Shown: positions 12,921 through 26,515, numbered from the stretch's first letter. The stretch is 64,000 nt of DNA from Octopus sinensis (GCF_006345805.1 NC_043005.1:103168001-103232000), one strand, 5' to 3'. The notes: generated from the letters alone by a model not told the origin. Program-made: numbers and translations.

Positions 12921-13294
12921 GCTTTCTAATTGATGTATCAATACCGGCTGATGACAACGGTCTCTAAAAGAAATGGAGAAACTCTCAAAATACAAAGACC
13001 TGGAAATAGAGGTAACTAGAATGTGGAATCTGAAAACAGAAACAATTCCTATCATAGTAGGTGCATTAGGCATGATAAAAAAATATTCAGAAAAATACAT
13101 AACAAAAACACCAGGACTTACAAACACATATAACATACAGAAAATTGCACTACTAGGCACTGCACACATCCTACGCACAACACTTTCCATACAATAACCA
13201 TCAGAGCATCACAACAAATCACAGCACATACCCAAGGCACACAGAGCTGCGCTCGGTAGTGAAGTGAAAGCACGCTATAAAAATAAAACTACTG
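12919..13294 (+). mobile_element. R4/Dong-type LINE 3' end (RLE C-terminus and 3' UTR) inside an (AAT)n array
   Basis: CFLIDVSIP..MEKLSKYKDLEIEVTRMWNLKTETIPIIVGALG..; nearly identical to 56229-56610 (minus); (AAT)n on both sides. Confidence 0.93.
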
Positions 13295-13363
13295 AATAAT
13301 GATAATAATAATAATAATGATGATGATGATGATGATAATAATAATAATAACAATAATAATAAT

Positions 13364-13576
13364 ACTTTCTGCAATAGGCACAAGGCCTGAAATTTTGAGG
13401 GAGGGATTAAGTCGATTACATCGACATCAGTGCATGACTACTTATTATATAATCGACCCCGAACGGATGAAAGGCAAAGTCAACCACAGCAGAATTTGCA
13501 CTCAGAACGTAGCAATGGGTGAAATATCTTCAAGTACTTTGCCCAGCGTGCTAACGATTCTGCCAGCTCGCTCCCT
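13364..13576 (-). mobile_element. SINE family A
   Basis: Reverse complement of the family A head and body; its (ATT)n tail is shared with the LINE tail. Confidence 0.85.
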
Positions 13577-13607
13577 TGATGACGACGATGATGATGATGA
13601 TGATGAT

Positions 13608-13650
<43 letters not shown>

Positions 13651-13724
13651 CGGCGATGACGATGATGATGATGATGATGACGACGACGACGACGACGACG
13701 ACGATGATGATGATGATGATGCTG

Positions 13725-15915
13725 ATACCGCATATTCTAAAAATATCCCAAATTTTCTGATACATAGCATGAAAGAGTGGAAAACCAAATTGTACACAAG
13801 TAATGTATTCCTTGGAGAAGTTAATATTAAAAGAGGCATCTTCTAAGGTGACTGGTTTTTCTCTGCTTTTATTTGTAATTGCACAAATGCCCAAAACAAT
13901 AACACTTAGGAAAGTTAATACGGGTTACTGAAGTGGGAAGGAAGCCCCATGACTGAACCATCTTCAGTTTATGGATGACCTGAAATTGTTTAGGAAATTT
14001 GAAAAACAGGTAGATTCCTTACCAAAACAGTCCAGAAGTGTGGTAGGGACATCTGTATGGAATTTGGGATTACCAAAAGCTCAGTGCTTAATATGAAAAG
14101 AGGGACGAGAGTAGCCTGCATAGGATTGCTGTTAATATCAGGAGAGACTATGAGTCAACCCGACGGTAGTGGGTATAGACATTTAAGGATTTTGGAGCTG
14201 GATAACATTCTACACAGAAAAATTAAAGTCAAGGTCAGCGAGGCTTATCAAAAAAGAGTGAAAATGGTGTTGAAATCCAACCTGAATGCCAACAATTTGA
14301 TAACAGCAATGAATATCTGGGCAGTTGCGATGGTCAGATATAGTGCGTCCATCCTCAAATAGACTAAGGAGGAAATATCAACACTGGATAGAAGGACCGA
14401 AAAAGTTGATGATGCTGCATGGAGTGCTACACCCTAAAGGAAACGTAAACAGACTGTATATGAAAACGAAGAATGATGACAGAGGACTAATTAGTATAGG
14501 CCATTATATAAGGATTGAAAGGGGAATGCTTGCCGAGTATTTCATAAATAGTGATGAAGACCTGACGCAATATGTTGCGAAAGATATGGATGTAAATGCA
14601 GATGAAATGATGGGCATGGAAGCGTTTAACCAAAAAGCTCAGAAGAGAAAAGAAGACATTCTTGAATTGAGAATACATGGACAGTTTGAAAGGAATACAC
14701 AGGACATTAAGGATAATACAGCATCGTGGGCATGGTTTGAGCGAGGTGATTTGTAGCGCACCACCGAACTCTGTAGAAAAAGCGTGGAAAATGTGACCCA
14801 CTTGGTAAGTGGATGTGAGAGCTTTGTACAAAAAGAATACAAGCGGCGCCACGATAAAGTATGTGTGTATCTTCATTGGGTCTTATGCCGTAAAAACCGA
14901 TATGAAGTAACAGAGAATTGGAACGAGCATGTAACAAGTTAAGTTATGTAGGAAGATGGAAAAGTAACGATACTCTTGGAGTATGATTTTCAGACGGATC
15001 GTGTAATCGAACACCGTCGTAAAGTAAAGAGTTTGAAAAAATCACCAAGTAGTCCATATTGCAAGTGGAAATGGCAAGACTGTATGGAATGCGAGAGTGT
15101 AATAGAAAAGTGATACCAGTGTGATCGGAGCGTTCCGCTCAATCTCATTTAAGCTTAAAGACTTCTTAAGGCACACTATATTCACTGGCTAATTTGCACA
15201 AACTTGTACCTATTCCATGATAAAAACTGGTGGGAACACAACCATCACCAGTGATTGAAAAGGAGTAAGGAGAAGCGTTTTAACTTAATCTGAATCTAAC
15301 GAAAATCTATCTTACCTTTTGAAACGGTTTGTAACTGTGATTTCGGCTGAAGATTTTTATGATGTCAACAAGTAATCTTCACAAGTATTGAAGAAAGTGA
15401 TACACGGGAGAGAGAGGGGGACGAAATAGACATAGAGATAGTGGTGGTAAAAAAAAAGGGGGACAGAGAGAGAGAAAATGTATATGCTTTTAACAAGTGT
15501 TTCGGCATGGTTGCAGTCTGAGTGTTACAGAGAGCTGATTTCCATATGACTGTATGAAGGAATAATTGAAATGGAAATCTGAAGAGATGCAATGATCCGG
15601 TCGATCCCCTGAACAGAAATCGGAAACCGGACGTTGTTGTGGTGAATAGAAAAAAGAACCTGTATGATATTCGACATATCATGCTCCGGTGATAACAGGA
15701 CAAATGTAAAAGAAGAAGAACATTAAACAACTTTGACAATTTGAAGTGGGAAAAACGAAGTTTATGGTCAATGAAAAGAGTGGACGTGATACCAATAATA
15801 AGTATCAGCACTCAAATACCAACATGGTTGAAAATGATTGGTGCAATTGTGAAGGTAGAACATCTAGAAAAATCAGCATTGCTTGGAACTGCAAGAATTC
15901 TTCGCAGGGTTCTTG
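13725..15915 (+). mobile_element. Older, fragmented R4/Dong-type LINE(s)
   Basis: RT motifs RGIF*GD..LLFVI and HLQFMDDLKLF; ORFs MEFGITKSSVL.., MMLHGVLHPKGNVNRLYMK..; HWLIC..WWEH; RKPDVVV; LEKSALLGTARILRRVL. Many stops and indels. Confidence 0.88.
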
Positions 15916-15919
15916 TTTA

Positions 15920-16052
15920 TGGTACTTATTTCATCGATTCTGAAAGGGTGAAAGGCAAAGTTGACCTCGGTGGAATTTGAACTCAGAAAGTAAAGACGGA
16001 CGAAATGCCGTTAAGTATATTGCCCGGCGTGCTAACGATTCTGCCGCTGCCT
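15920..16052 (-). mobile_element. SINE family A, 5' part
   Basis: Reverse complement of the family A head and central domain. Confidence 0.85.
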
Positions 16053-16054
16053 TT

Positions 16055-16092
<38 letters not shown>

Positions 16093-16093
16093 A

Positions 16094-16129
<36 letters not shown>

Positions 16130-16154
16130 GTAGTAATTATAATAATAATGATAA

Positions 16155-16780
16155 TGCGCAGTTCTGGCTAAGAAGGAATATATATTGCCCAGTTCTGTCA
16201 AAGAACGAATACTTAATGCCCAGTTCTGGCTAAGAAGGAATATATTCACAGACACACAGGAAGCTATGCCAACTTTATTGAATAACAACAGAAAAAATAT
16301 GGCATAGGCACACGCCTGAAAAGGTCACAGAAAACGAGAAAGCAACCATACTCTTGAATATACCAATACACACAGATAAAGAATTTTAGGTATGTAGGCC
16401 AACTATAGGTTTTAGAGATGACCAAGAAAAATGCGTTCTAATTGATTGTCATTGTTTCTCTAAATGAAACAGAAAAACTTTCAAAATAGAAAGATCTGGA
16501 AAAAAACAGAAACAATTCCGATCATACTACGGGGATTAGGTATGATAAAAATATTCAGAGAGATACATAACAAAAATACATGGTCTAACAAGTATATATA
16601 GCATTCAGACAATGTTATACAGGATGTGTGCGGCACCATTGGGCGCCGCACACATCCTGCGTATAGCGCTTTCAATACAATAACTGTAAGAGCATCACAA
16701 CAAATCACAGCACATACCTAAGGCACACAGAGCTGCGCTCGGTAGTGAAGTGAAAGCACGATATAAAAAATACACTACTG
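16155..16780 (+). mobile_element. Decayed R4/Dong-type LINE 3' fragment with deletions
   Basis: RHTPEKVTENEKATIL and the same 3' UTR (gagctgcgctcggtagtgaagtgaaagcacg) as 12919-13294; (AAT)n on both sides. Confidence 0.85.
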
Positions 16781-16801
16781 TGTAATAATAATAATGGCAA
16801 T

Positions 16802-16846
<45 letters not shown>

Positions 16847-17248
16847 TAATAATAATAACAACAAAAATAGTAAATGACAATAATGACAAACGATATTAAT
16901 GATATCAATAACAATTTTAGTTGTTACAAAAACTAAGAACGAGGGCAAAGTAAAATAATAATCATAACCATAGCAACAACATTACAACAAAAGAATACTC
17001 CGCTGGTTGCTGCAAACATTTGTATTGTTCATTAATTAATGTAGTATTATAGTGCAATATGCTTATGAATATCTGTGTATGTGCGTGTGTGTGTGTGTTT
17101 GCATGCGTGTGTTTTCACTTATACATATATTTATATATATACATATACGTATATAGGTAAATGTATATGTATGTATATGTGTATATAAATATATATATGT
17201 ATATATATATAAAATATGAATTAGATAAAACCGCTATTAGGCAACTCA

Positions 17249-17680
<432 letters not shown>

Positions 17681-18299
17681 ATATATATGAGCGCCTACAC
17701 AAACACACGTGCTCACACAAACACACATCTACATATATAGAATTTGAATATTTGATCTAAACAATATTATTTCTTTTGTTGTCATTAATGTAAATATAAC
17801 ATTTTTCTTGCGTATTTTGCTCACGTTCATGATTTTTGTTAGTTGTTTATTAGTGTTCGCCTTTTACAACTACTGGTAATCTATTCTGTAATCAAATTCA
17901 TGCTCCCTAAAGCAATGCAATATGTAAACTAATACACTGTGGAGAGAGAAACAGAAACATTATATGCACACATCCACACACACACTCTTTCACACAAAAC
18001 TTGCAGACATAAATCAATCTGAAAGACTGTATATCATACAGACTTATATGCTCATATGCACGCGAGTACATCTGCATGTATGGTTGTATATATTTATAAA
18101 AGTAAAAAATGGTTTTATGTATGAATACATACATATATGTGTGTATATATTTATACATATATTTTTCTATATATCCATACGTATATCCATATACATATGT
18201 ATATATAAATGTTTGTTTGTACGATGGAACTGTCTTGTCCATGCTTTTACCCCATACTTTCGGTACGTATTACAGGTACATAATTATGCATTCTTTAGC

Positions 18300-18371
18300 G
18301 ATTCTACTGACGAGCTACAAATACCAAATTAATTTATTTGGTCATTAACAACGAAACTCAAGTATAGGATT
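18300..18371 (+). ncRNA. Type-I HHR-like motif with fully canonical core
   Basis: gattcta-CTGACGA-g..accaaat(taattt)atttggt..c-GAAA-ctcaaGTA-taggatt: 7-bp stem I, A-U/C-G/U-A stem III, GUA triplet. Confidence 0.7.
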
Positions 18372-18589
18372 GACTAATTTTTATTCACTCTAGTGCCTAT
18401 CAGTAGCGTGCATTAAGAATTCCTATTTTCGTGGTTTGGGTTTAACTGCACTTTTTAGCATGCAAGAAGTCTTGTTAGAGGCCTTCTTTCCGTTTGTAAA
18501 TCTATATACATTCTATCTCTCACACACTCACACACACACACGCACACACACACACACATATACATATATATATATACATATATATACAT

Positions 18590-18642
<53 letters not shown>

Positions 18643-18701
18643 CGTTTAAATATTTGTTGTGCAAGATTTTTTATGTGAAGTCGTGTGTTGAAACAGATAT
18701 T

Positions 18702-19488
18702 GTTATATTTCGGAATGGTCATATTGCCAGTTTAGCCAATAAAAACACACGCACTATATATTTGGTGTTATTTTGCTTCAGTGATATTTATTTTTTACAT
18801 TAATCTTAATCTTATTTCGGCCAAAGTTCTTTCGTCACACTCCTGTGACCGCATCAGTGGTCCTTTGTTTTCTTCTCACTTACTTGTGTCTCTCGTTACT
18901 AACCGTCAGCCATTTTGTATTTCTATTGTATGTCTTCATTTGCGCATGCTTATATCTCTATGTGCGTCTATGTTTATTTAGTGTGTGTGGGGGGGATGCC
19001 TGTAATATTTGTATCTTCTGGTTATATACATTCTTGTAATTTGTATTTTGTTTTTGTTGTTGTTGCTTTTGTTCTAATTTTGTTCATGTGTTTACATCCA
19101 CCCATTATTATCATTACATATACTTGTATGTATGTATAACAACAATATTAGTAATAATAATAATAAATCTAATCGAAAAAATATTACAGGCATCCCCCCC
19201 CACACACACTAAATAAACATAGACGCACATAGAGATATAAGCATGCGCAAATGAAGACATACAATAGAAATACAAAATGGCTGTCGGTTAGTAAGGAGAG
19301 ACACAAGTAAGTGAGAAGAAAACAAAGGACCACTGATGCGGTCACAGGAGTGTGACGAAAGAACTTTGGCCGAAATAAGATTAAGATTAATGTAAAAAAT
19401 AAATATCACTGAAGCAAAATAACACCAAATATATAGTGCGTGTGTTTTTATTGGCTAAACTGGCAATATGACCATTCCGAAATATAAC
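18702..19488. repeat. Long inverted repeat with 309-bp arms (18702-19010 and 19179-19488), probably paired PLE pLTRs
   Basis: About 99% reverse-complement identity (2 mismatches seen); each arm holds an HHR-like motif. Confidence 0.93.
19327..19371 (+). ncRNA. HHR-like motif (mirror copy at 18819-18863, minus)
   Basis: ggacca-CTGATGC-g-gtcac(aggagt)gtgac-GAAA-gaacTT-tggcc; A9C core change. Confidence 0.55.
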
Positions 19489-19540
<52 letters not shown>

Positions 19541-19672
19541 AAAAATATATGTATATATATAAAATACAAAATGGGACAAGAACGCAAAACGTCCGGACAA
19601 CTAGGTGATACAAAAAGGAACAATAAAACATCCAGCAAGACGATAGATTTTGTATTTTCCATATATATATAC

Positions 19673-19928
19673 AATAATATGTTACATTACTCGATAGTCA
19701 AGATAAAACTCTGAGTTTCAGATACCGAAGTGGGAATCCACGACATCTCTTCGGTTATCTGGCTATTTGAAAACGCTATGAAAAAATACCGTTATACAAA
19801 GGGAAATAACGGTATTTTTTCATAGCGTTTTCAAATAGCCAGATAACCGAAGAGATGTCGTGGATTCCCACTTCGGCATCTGAAACTCAGTGTTTTATCT
19901 TGACTATCGAGTAACGTAACATATTATT
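19673..19928. repeat. Near-perfect hairpin with 123-bp arms and a 10-nt loop, inside a (TA)n-flanked PLE-like element (about 19560-20000)
   Basis: 19673-19795 versus 19806-19928, 3 mismatches. Confidence 0.95.
19841..19900 (+). ncRNA. HHR-like motif (mirror copy at 19701-19760, minus)
   Basis: agataa-CCGAAGA-gatgtcg(13 nt)cggcatc-t-GAAA-ctcag(t/a)gTT-ttatct: 6-bp stem I, 7-bp stem II, near-palindromic stem III in the left copy. Confidence 0.65.
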
Positions 19929-20009
19929 ATATAGATAAATTTCCTCTATTTACATAATATTGAGGTCTCTTTCTTTCTTTTGTTATCTTACCGTTTTACC
20001 AATATATAT

Positions 20010-20041
<32 letters not shown>

Positions 20042-20954
20042 GCGGCGTGCGTACACTTTGTTCCCTTTATGTAAGTTTATATATAAATATATATATGTAT
20101 TAATGTGCGTATGTGTGCACATACATAGAGCCGCGCACATAAACATACGCATATGTTGGCATGATTAACATATCATTTTTTGTGTAATATATTTCAGTAT
20201 ATTTAGGGCACAATTTTAGATAAGCCTGTATGATTTTATATAATATATTGTTTTCAGCGGAGAAATTTTTGGCTCCGCCGCGATATGTATTTACTCTTCG
20301 ATTGTGACGTTTACGTTTGACATAGGTGTTGTAAATATTCATTTTTATTACTATTCCCTTGACTCTAGAATTTAACTGGTATTCATTTACTAGTCTCCTA
20401 CGGATCAGGATAATTTAAATCTGAAATATCGGGATACGAAAATATTTTTGAAGTTAATGAAAATTTTATTGTGGGTCTTGAGTTTGTTATTGTTGTTCTT
20501 TTTTTTGTCGCTATTGTTGTTGCTGATGAAGTTGTTGTTACCTCTGCTGCTTTTGCTTTGTAGTTAAGGCGTTGTTTTGGTTGTGTGAATCTATGACATA
20601 CATGTATCCAGCTTATCACTTGTACATGAAGATTATGCAGAAGAAGCAATTAACGTGACATCCGTAAGAATGTCAAACTAAATTTCTATGTAGATATGAT
20701 GCATCAGGTGCCAATAGAGTCCTAATAAACTGACGCAATGTTAACTATTTGCAGTTAATTATTGTTGACGTTTGTCAAATTAATATCTGAAATCCAATTT
20801 GCTCACCCACATGTAAATGTAAAAGTTATAGTAAGCACTGTGATGTAAATTACGATGAAGGTTCCTAAAAGAACATTCCACCCGATATTCCTGCATTATT
20901 GTACAAAATTTATTGAATATCTGTATTTTACTGGCTACATCAGGTATATTTGGA

Positions 20955-21155
20955 GGAAATACGGGTATCTTCCGTCTCCTTGCTGTGATAAAATATTTCT
21001 GAAAATTCATATTACTGTGTCCTACTGTTTAAAATACTATTTATCTATTTGTGCAACTGAAGATGGCACTGCATTTACATTGATGCAATGATTGCATTTT
21101 CCAATTAAATGGTGCAGCTTGAAATAGTCGTACTGCATAACTACTTGATATCCTG
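20955..21155 (+). mobile_element. pLTR-like repeat with long-stem-II HHR motif (21053-21136)
   Basis: gcaa-CTGAAGA-(57 nt)-GAAA-tagtcGTA-ctgc; about 80% identical to 23608-23790 (inverted) and 23807-23910. Confidence 0.6.
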
Positions 21156-21787
21156 TTGATTATTTCGTCGGTTTAGCGAATGAAGATGTTTTTGTGACAT
21201 CAACTGAACAACGACGTGTTCGATCGCCGTTGAATTAAGACGCTGAATTCTCGTGTGACGGTTTAGTAGTCTGAAGAAACGTGTAGTTTTAAGGTGATTC
21301 TAAGGCCACATCTGCGTGACAGAGTACAACACGACTAGACATTGGAATTCTGGTCTCCCCAACTTCACTTAAAAACATGAGATCATTCCGAGGCTATGGC
21401 AAATAACTTTTACTCAAAGTATTGTGCAGTGATCATAATTACGAAACGAAAGTTTTTACCAAAATAGTTTGACAACTTCTTTACTGATATCGAAAAAGTA
21501 AATGGAAACTCACTATGTGTTGTTACAGATTGAAATAGGGTCAACGAATGGAATCTTATGACCATGAAAGTCGCTGATTTGCAGTCATGAATATCTAAAC
21601 AATCAAAGTTACTTCGAGGTTTTATGCATTTTGCACACATGGAACATTACTTGTTCCATGTGTTCTGAAGTTATGACGAAAGTGAAAGTAGGGATATGAA
21701 GAATGTGATCGGAATTTTTCTTGACTGGGATTCATTACCACTCAAACAATCCGGAATAAACACTAGGAACTTAAGGGAATAGGAGGG

Positions 21788-22013
21788 ATGCCACACCCAG
21801 CATATAATTCGGACTTAGCTCCCTCGGATTATTATGTGTTTCGATTCGTGGCTTACTTCTTGTGACCCTGATGCTTCATCAACCAGGGAGATGGTGGAAT
21901 CTTCAGTGAATGCATTCTTTGATTCAAAGGAGAAGAATTAGTATCAGCGTGGAATTACAGAAATGACAGAATGGTGGCTTCAGTCGGTGCAACACAACGG
22001 CCTCTACTTTTAA
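21788..22013 (+). pseudogene. mariner (DD34D) transposase C-terminal remnant
   Basis: Manual translation gives MPHPAYNSDLAPSDYYVFRF (YSPDLAPSD motif) and, after a frameshift, FFDSKEKN*YQRGITEMTEWWLQSVQHNGLYF*. Confidence 0.85.
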
Positions 22014-22085
22014 ACGAATTAATCAACGCAAGTACTATTGATTTATTATTAAACACGCTACTTATTCCATCGTTTCAATAAGCAC

Positions 22086-22357
22086 AACCGCTAAGTTATG
22101 GGGACACAAACACACCGACACCGGATGCCACATGACAAATGCAGGCACGACACACGCATACACAATCATATACATACGTACACACACACACACACACGAG
22201 AGTCTCACAGTTTCCTTTAACCAAATCCACTCACAGATATTTGACCGGCTCGGAGCTCTAATAGAGTACACTTGCCCTAGGTACTACGAAGTGGGAGTAA
22301 ACCAAGAACCATGTGGTTGAGAAGCAAGCTTCTTACCATGCAGCAACGACTGCGCCT
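22086..22357 (-). mobile_element. SINE family B (tRNA head, CORE-like domain), diverged
   Basis: Matches 53537-53938. Confidence 0.8.
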
Positions 22358-22968
22358 ATAGTTTTTAGTAGAACATTGAAACTAATATTATAATGGAGGT
22401 TTTGACGGCTTTTTTTCATGTGTAAATTGGGTCTTATCTTCATTGAAGCTTTATTAGTGTTAAGCATGGGGTTATAAACTTATTCTTACTATCCTCTTAG
22501 AGTTGATATCATTATACTTGGAAGCAAAAAATACATTGTATCCAAACGAGGTCGACATTCAGTTACAAATAATAAAAATAAATTAGTACACTAAGATGCA
22601 ATTTGGAAATAGATATTTATTTCAATTTTGTATTGTTGCTTTAAGCATATTAACATACATATTATGGCTTATTATTTGTTACAACAACAACACAGACAAA
22701 CGTTCTAAGCAGCCATATAACGTGTAAACCTGCAGTAATCCTGCAGGTTTATTAGCGGTCATATTTACAAAAGGAAATTGAAGAAACCTCGCAATATCAA
22801 TTCACATTAAGTAGCATAATTCTGACATATTTTCAAAGATTAATATTATGATACACATAAATTTACAAGCACGCAAATACTTGCACACAAAAATTCAATT
22901 CCACACAGGCATACATACAAGTGTTTATAAAGACATAAACATACATACATACATGTATATATGTATAT

Positions 22969-23045
<77 letters not shown>

Positions 23046-23274
23046 ATGTACATACATATATATGTATACATATATAAATATATATATATATACAGACTTA
23101 CATACATAAAGCTAGATATATGCACACACACACATACACAGATTCAAACACACATACACACATTCAACACACGTATTGACCGATTGCAGTACAATATTGG
23201 TGGCCACACTCTGAAGATTCAAGTTTGTACGCTAAAGGCTCAAGAAAATGCACACACATATACACGCGCGCACG

Positions 23275-23316
<42 letters not shown>

Positions 23317-23341
23317 AACATACGTATATATGTATGTGAAA

Positions 23342-23397
<56 letters not shown>

Positions 23398-23420
23398 TAT
23401 ATACATAGATATATATATAC

Positions 23421-23472
<52 letters not shown>

Positions 23473-23565
23473 AGATCGTTTGCCACTACACACATTTTCT
23501 TCTCTCCTTGTTTTATTTTGTACACCACCTGATTTCGTCTTTTGTTGTTTTTTCGTAAACTCTCC

Positions 23566-23607
<42 letters not shown>

Positions 23608-23610
<3 letters not shown>

Positions 23611-23910
23611 GGACTACCATTTCAAGCTGCACCATCTAATTGAACACTGAAATCATTACCTCAATTTAAATGCAGTGCCATCTTCAGCTGCACAAATAAG
23701 TGAATAGAATTTTAACCAGTAGGACACATTAATAAAAATTTTCAGAAATATTTTAACAGAGCAAGGAGATGGAAGATATCCGTATTGTCACTATTGTAGC
23801 TATTCTTAGCTGATGATGGCACTGCATTTAAATTGATGTAATGATTGCATTATTCAATTAAATGGAGCTGCTTGAAACGGTCGTACTGCATCACTACTTG
23901 ATACCGTGTT
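23608..23910. mobile_element. Inverted pLTR-like pair with HHR motifs (23608-23691 minus, 23807-23889 plus), abutting (TA)n
   Basis: Minus copy gcag-CTGAAGA..GAAA-tggtaGTC-ctgc; plus copy CTGATGA..GAAA-cggtcGTA-ctgc. Confidence 0.7.
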
Positions 23911-24982
23911 GGTTTTTTTTTTATTCACCTTATTTCGAGCAGTGTGGATAATAACGGACTGACTTGGTGCTTCAATGCTTGAAAAAGTGTTAGTCGGTGT
24001 GTGAAAGTTCAGGATAATATGAAGAATGAGGGAAATTCTGGTATCCCAAGTCTCAAGTGTCATCCTCGAAACGTGCAGCAGAATTGGACCAGGTATATTA
24101 ACTGTCGCAGGTCTCATTTTGCTCAAGTGAACATGCATTTCCTCCAATTGCTTACAGTAAACATGAGATGTTATGCTCTGGTTAGTTTCCAGAAAGCTGT
24201 ATTGTTTTCAAATGATGATCATCAAGAGTGGATGGACATCATCTGCCTTCTTGATCTTGAAGGCTCTCAGCCTAACTATGGAATTTCTCAAACAGCCGTT
24301 GTAGCGTCCAATCACTAGTGGACCCTTCAACCCATGCTCTGTTGATATTGGTGGCTGTCTAGGAAGCAAAATATCCAAGCTTGAATTGATGCAAAATCAG
24401 AAAATGCCTATCTTCATTTAAATAGGGTTGAAATTAAAGATTTCTACGCTTAAAAATTGTATTCTGAAAGAAATCAATAGAAATCTATCAAAAAGTACAT
24501 ATTAATTGTTAATCCTGTTAATTGTTAATCATGTAAAATTTCATCTAAAACACTACAAAAATACCGTCTTCGAAATATCGGGCAGTATTTTCAGAACAAC
24601 CTAATATATATGTCTTTGCATGTGTATGTGTGTGCGCGCTCGCTCTGTTCTTTTATTATTTTTTTCGTTTCAGCCATGCTGCTGTGGTCACGTTGGAGAA
24701 CCATCGTGGTTTTGCCTTAATGTTTTTGCCTTCGGTTGATTTCCTCGGTTTTACATCACCACTTCTGTATGTGCGTTTGTCCCAACTGATTCTGCTGCCC
24801 TCGTCAGTACCCCATGCCGGGCTATCAGTTTATCGGGTATTGTGGAGTGAATATGTCTAGTTTTTTTTAAGAAAGACATCTACGTCCACCTTTTGTGGGT
24901 CTCTTAATTTTTGTGGCAGAGCATTGAAAGGTTGTGAGCCTCCGGTATTATACAATGGCGTCCAGTTCAGGCATTTATATAA

Positions 24983-25077
<95 letters not shown>

Positions 25078-25080
<3 letters not shown>

Positions 25081-26510
25081 GCCTTTGCTCCAGGGAATAA
25101 AGTTGTAGTATTCTTCAGTCTCTCTCTGTAGCTTTTCTGATGCATTCTTTCAAAATTTTAGTGTGTTGACATTGGACCACTGGAATCTCCACTGTTAGTT
25201 TAACATTATGTGGTGACCGAACAAAGCTGGTAGCAGGCGGCTCAAAACAAAGGTCCTTCACAAGGGTCAACATAATATGTTGATTTCTTGTCTTGAAGGA
25301 TCTTAGTATCCATCCACTCAGTTGCCTACACTTTGCTGCCATCTTAGTACCGTGCACAGCAAATAATGTATATAAATATAATGCACAAGTGAAAGAGCTA
25401 TTAATGGTTTCATGCCTATATATATGGCGTATTTTATAAATATGCCTGTTCAAGTGACGTAGAAGCATGAAATTATTAGAATCTCTTTCAGTTGTGTATT
25501 AAATTAATATTTATCTCTCACTGGATTGAGTACTTTTTTGTTGATTCTACCTCTATTGGATCTGTAAACTATATGAGATTTAAAATACATGATACATTCT
25601 CGCATCCTTATGAAAATAATTCTCCCAAATATCTTAATGACGTAAAATATTGCCCACATTAAAATCATTTGTATATATATAAAGTTTAAATATGAATTTT
25701 AAAATCCGAGGAAACAAAACTTACGAAAATGTATGGACAAGACATATATACAATAATGCAGATATGTATATATATATGTGTGTGTGTGTGTGTGTACGAG
25801 CGCGTGCACGTTTAGTAAAATAGAAATATTCCGTCAATGGCATACGATATTCGTATCTACATAACCTGAGACATATGTAAAATACAATAAATAATCAATC
25901 ATAACGAGAAAAACAAAGAGAAAGAGGCCTGTTATTATGCATAATATTACTGCTTGTTGCTACGTTCAACAATGTGATCGGTAACCTTAATACTCTTCAC
26001 TTACCTTGATTACTTGACGTTGTGTCTATGCTTCAGGTTAATGTGTATATATTTGTATAGGCGCTATTTTTTATTTACGTAAATATGTATATATGCACAT
26101 ATATGCATCTATACGTATATGAATTATGAGACTATGTGAATCTGCGAGTTGATAATTATATGGATATATATAAGTACGTGTAAGCATAAATATATATATA
26201 TATATCTATCAATGCAATCAAATGTTTAGGTATGAATGTGTAATAAAAATAATGCATAATACATCCACATATATACACATGTATGTACATTTGGATTCGT
26301 ATTTAACGCAGGTATGCATATGTGTGTATGTGTGAGCATGGGTGTGTACATGTGGGTGTGAGCGTGAATTTGTATGTGTGTGTGAGCGTGAGTTACGCAT
26401 TATTGTAGCATTGTCTATGTTGGTACACTTCCGCACATAAACATTTAAACACACTCATAAATACACACATGCACACACACACACGCTCACACGCACATAC
26501 ACGAACATAT
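25078..26510 (-). repeat. Left arm of a 1.4-kb inverted duplication
   Basis: Collinear reverse complement of 28940-30343 (about 90%); the identical peptide starts MLLRHLNRHIYK.. appear in the ORF track on opposite strands. Confidence 0.95.
25130..25365 (-). mobile_element. CR1/L2-like LINE RT C-terminal fragment (mirror copy at about 30095-30290, plus)
   Basis: AAKCRQLSGWILRSFKTRNQHIMLTL...SPHNVKLTVE resembles the CR1-group thumb region. Confidence 0.65.
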
Positions 26511-26515
26511 ATATA

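Noticed and set aside
13299-13894. Poly-M/D/I/S/H ORFs (also 38205-38744, 43806, 54538-55035, 58076-58682)
   Set aside because: Trinucleotide arrays free of stop codons; no protein signal.
20955-23790. Inverted repeats as TIRs of the enclosed mariner remnant
   Set aside because: They are too long, have no TA-flanked mariner-type ends, a third copy lies outside, and they contain HHR motifs.
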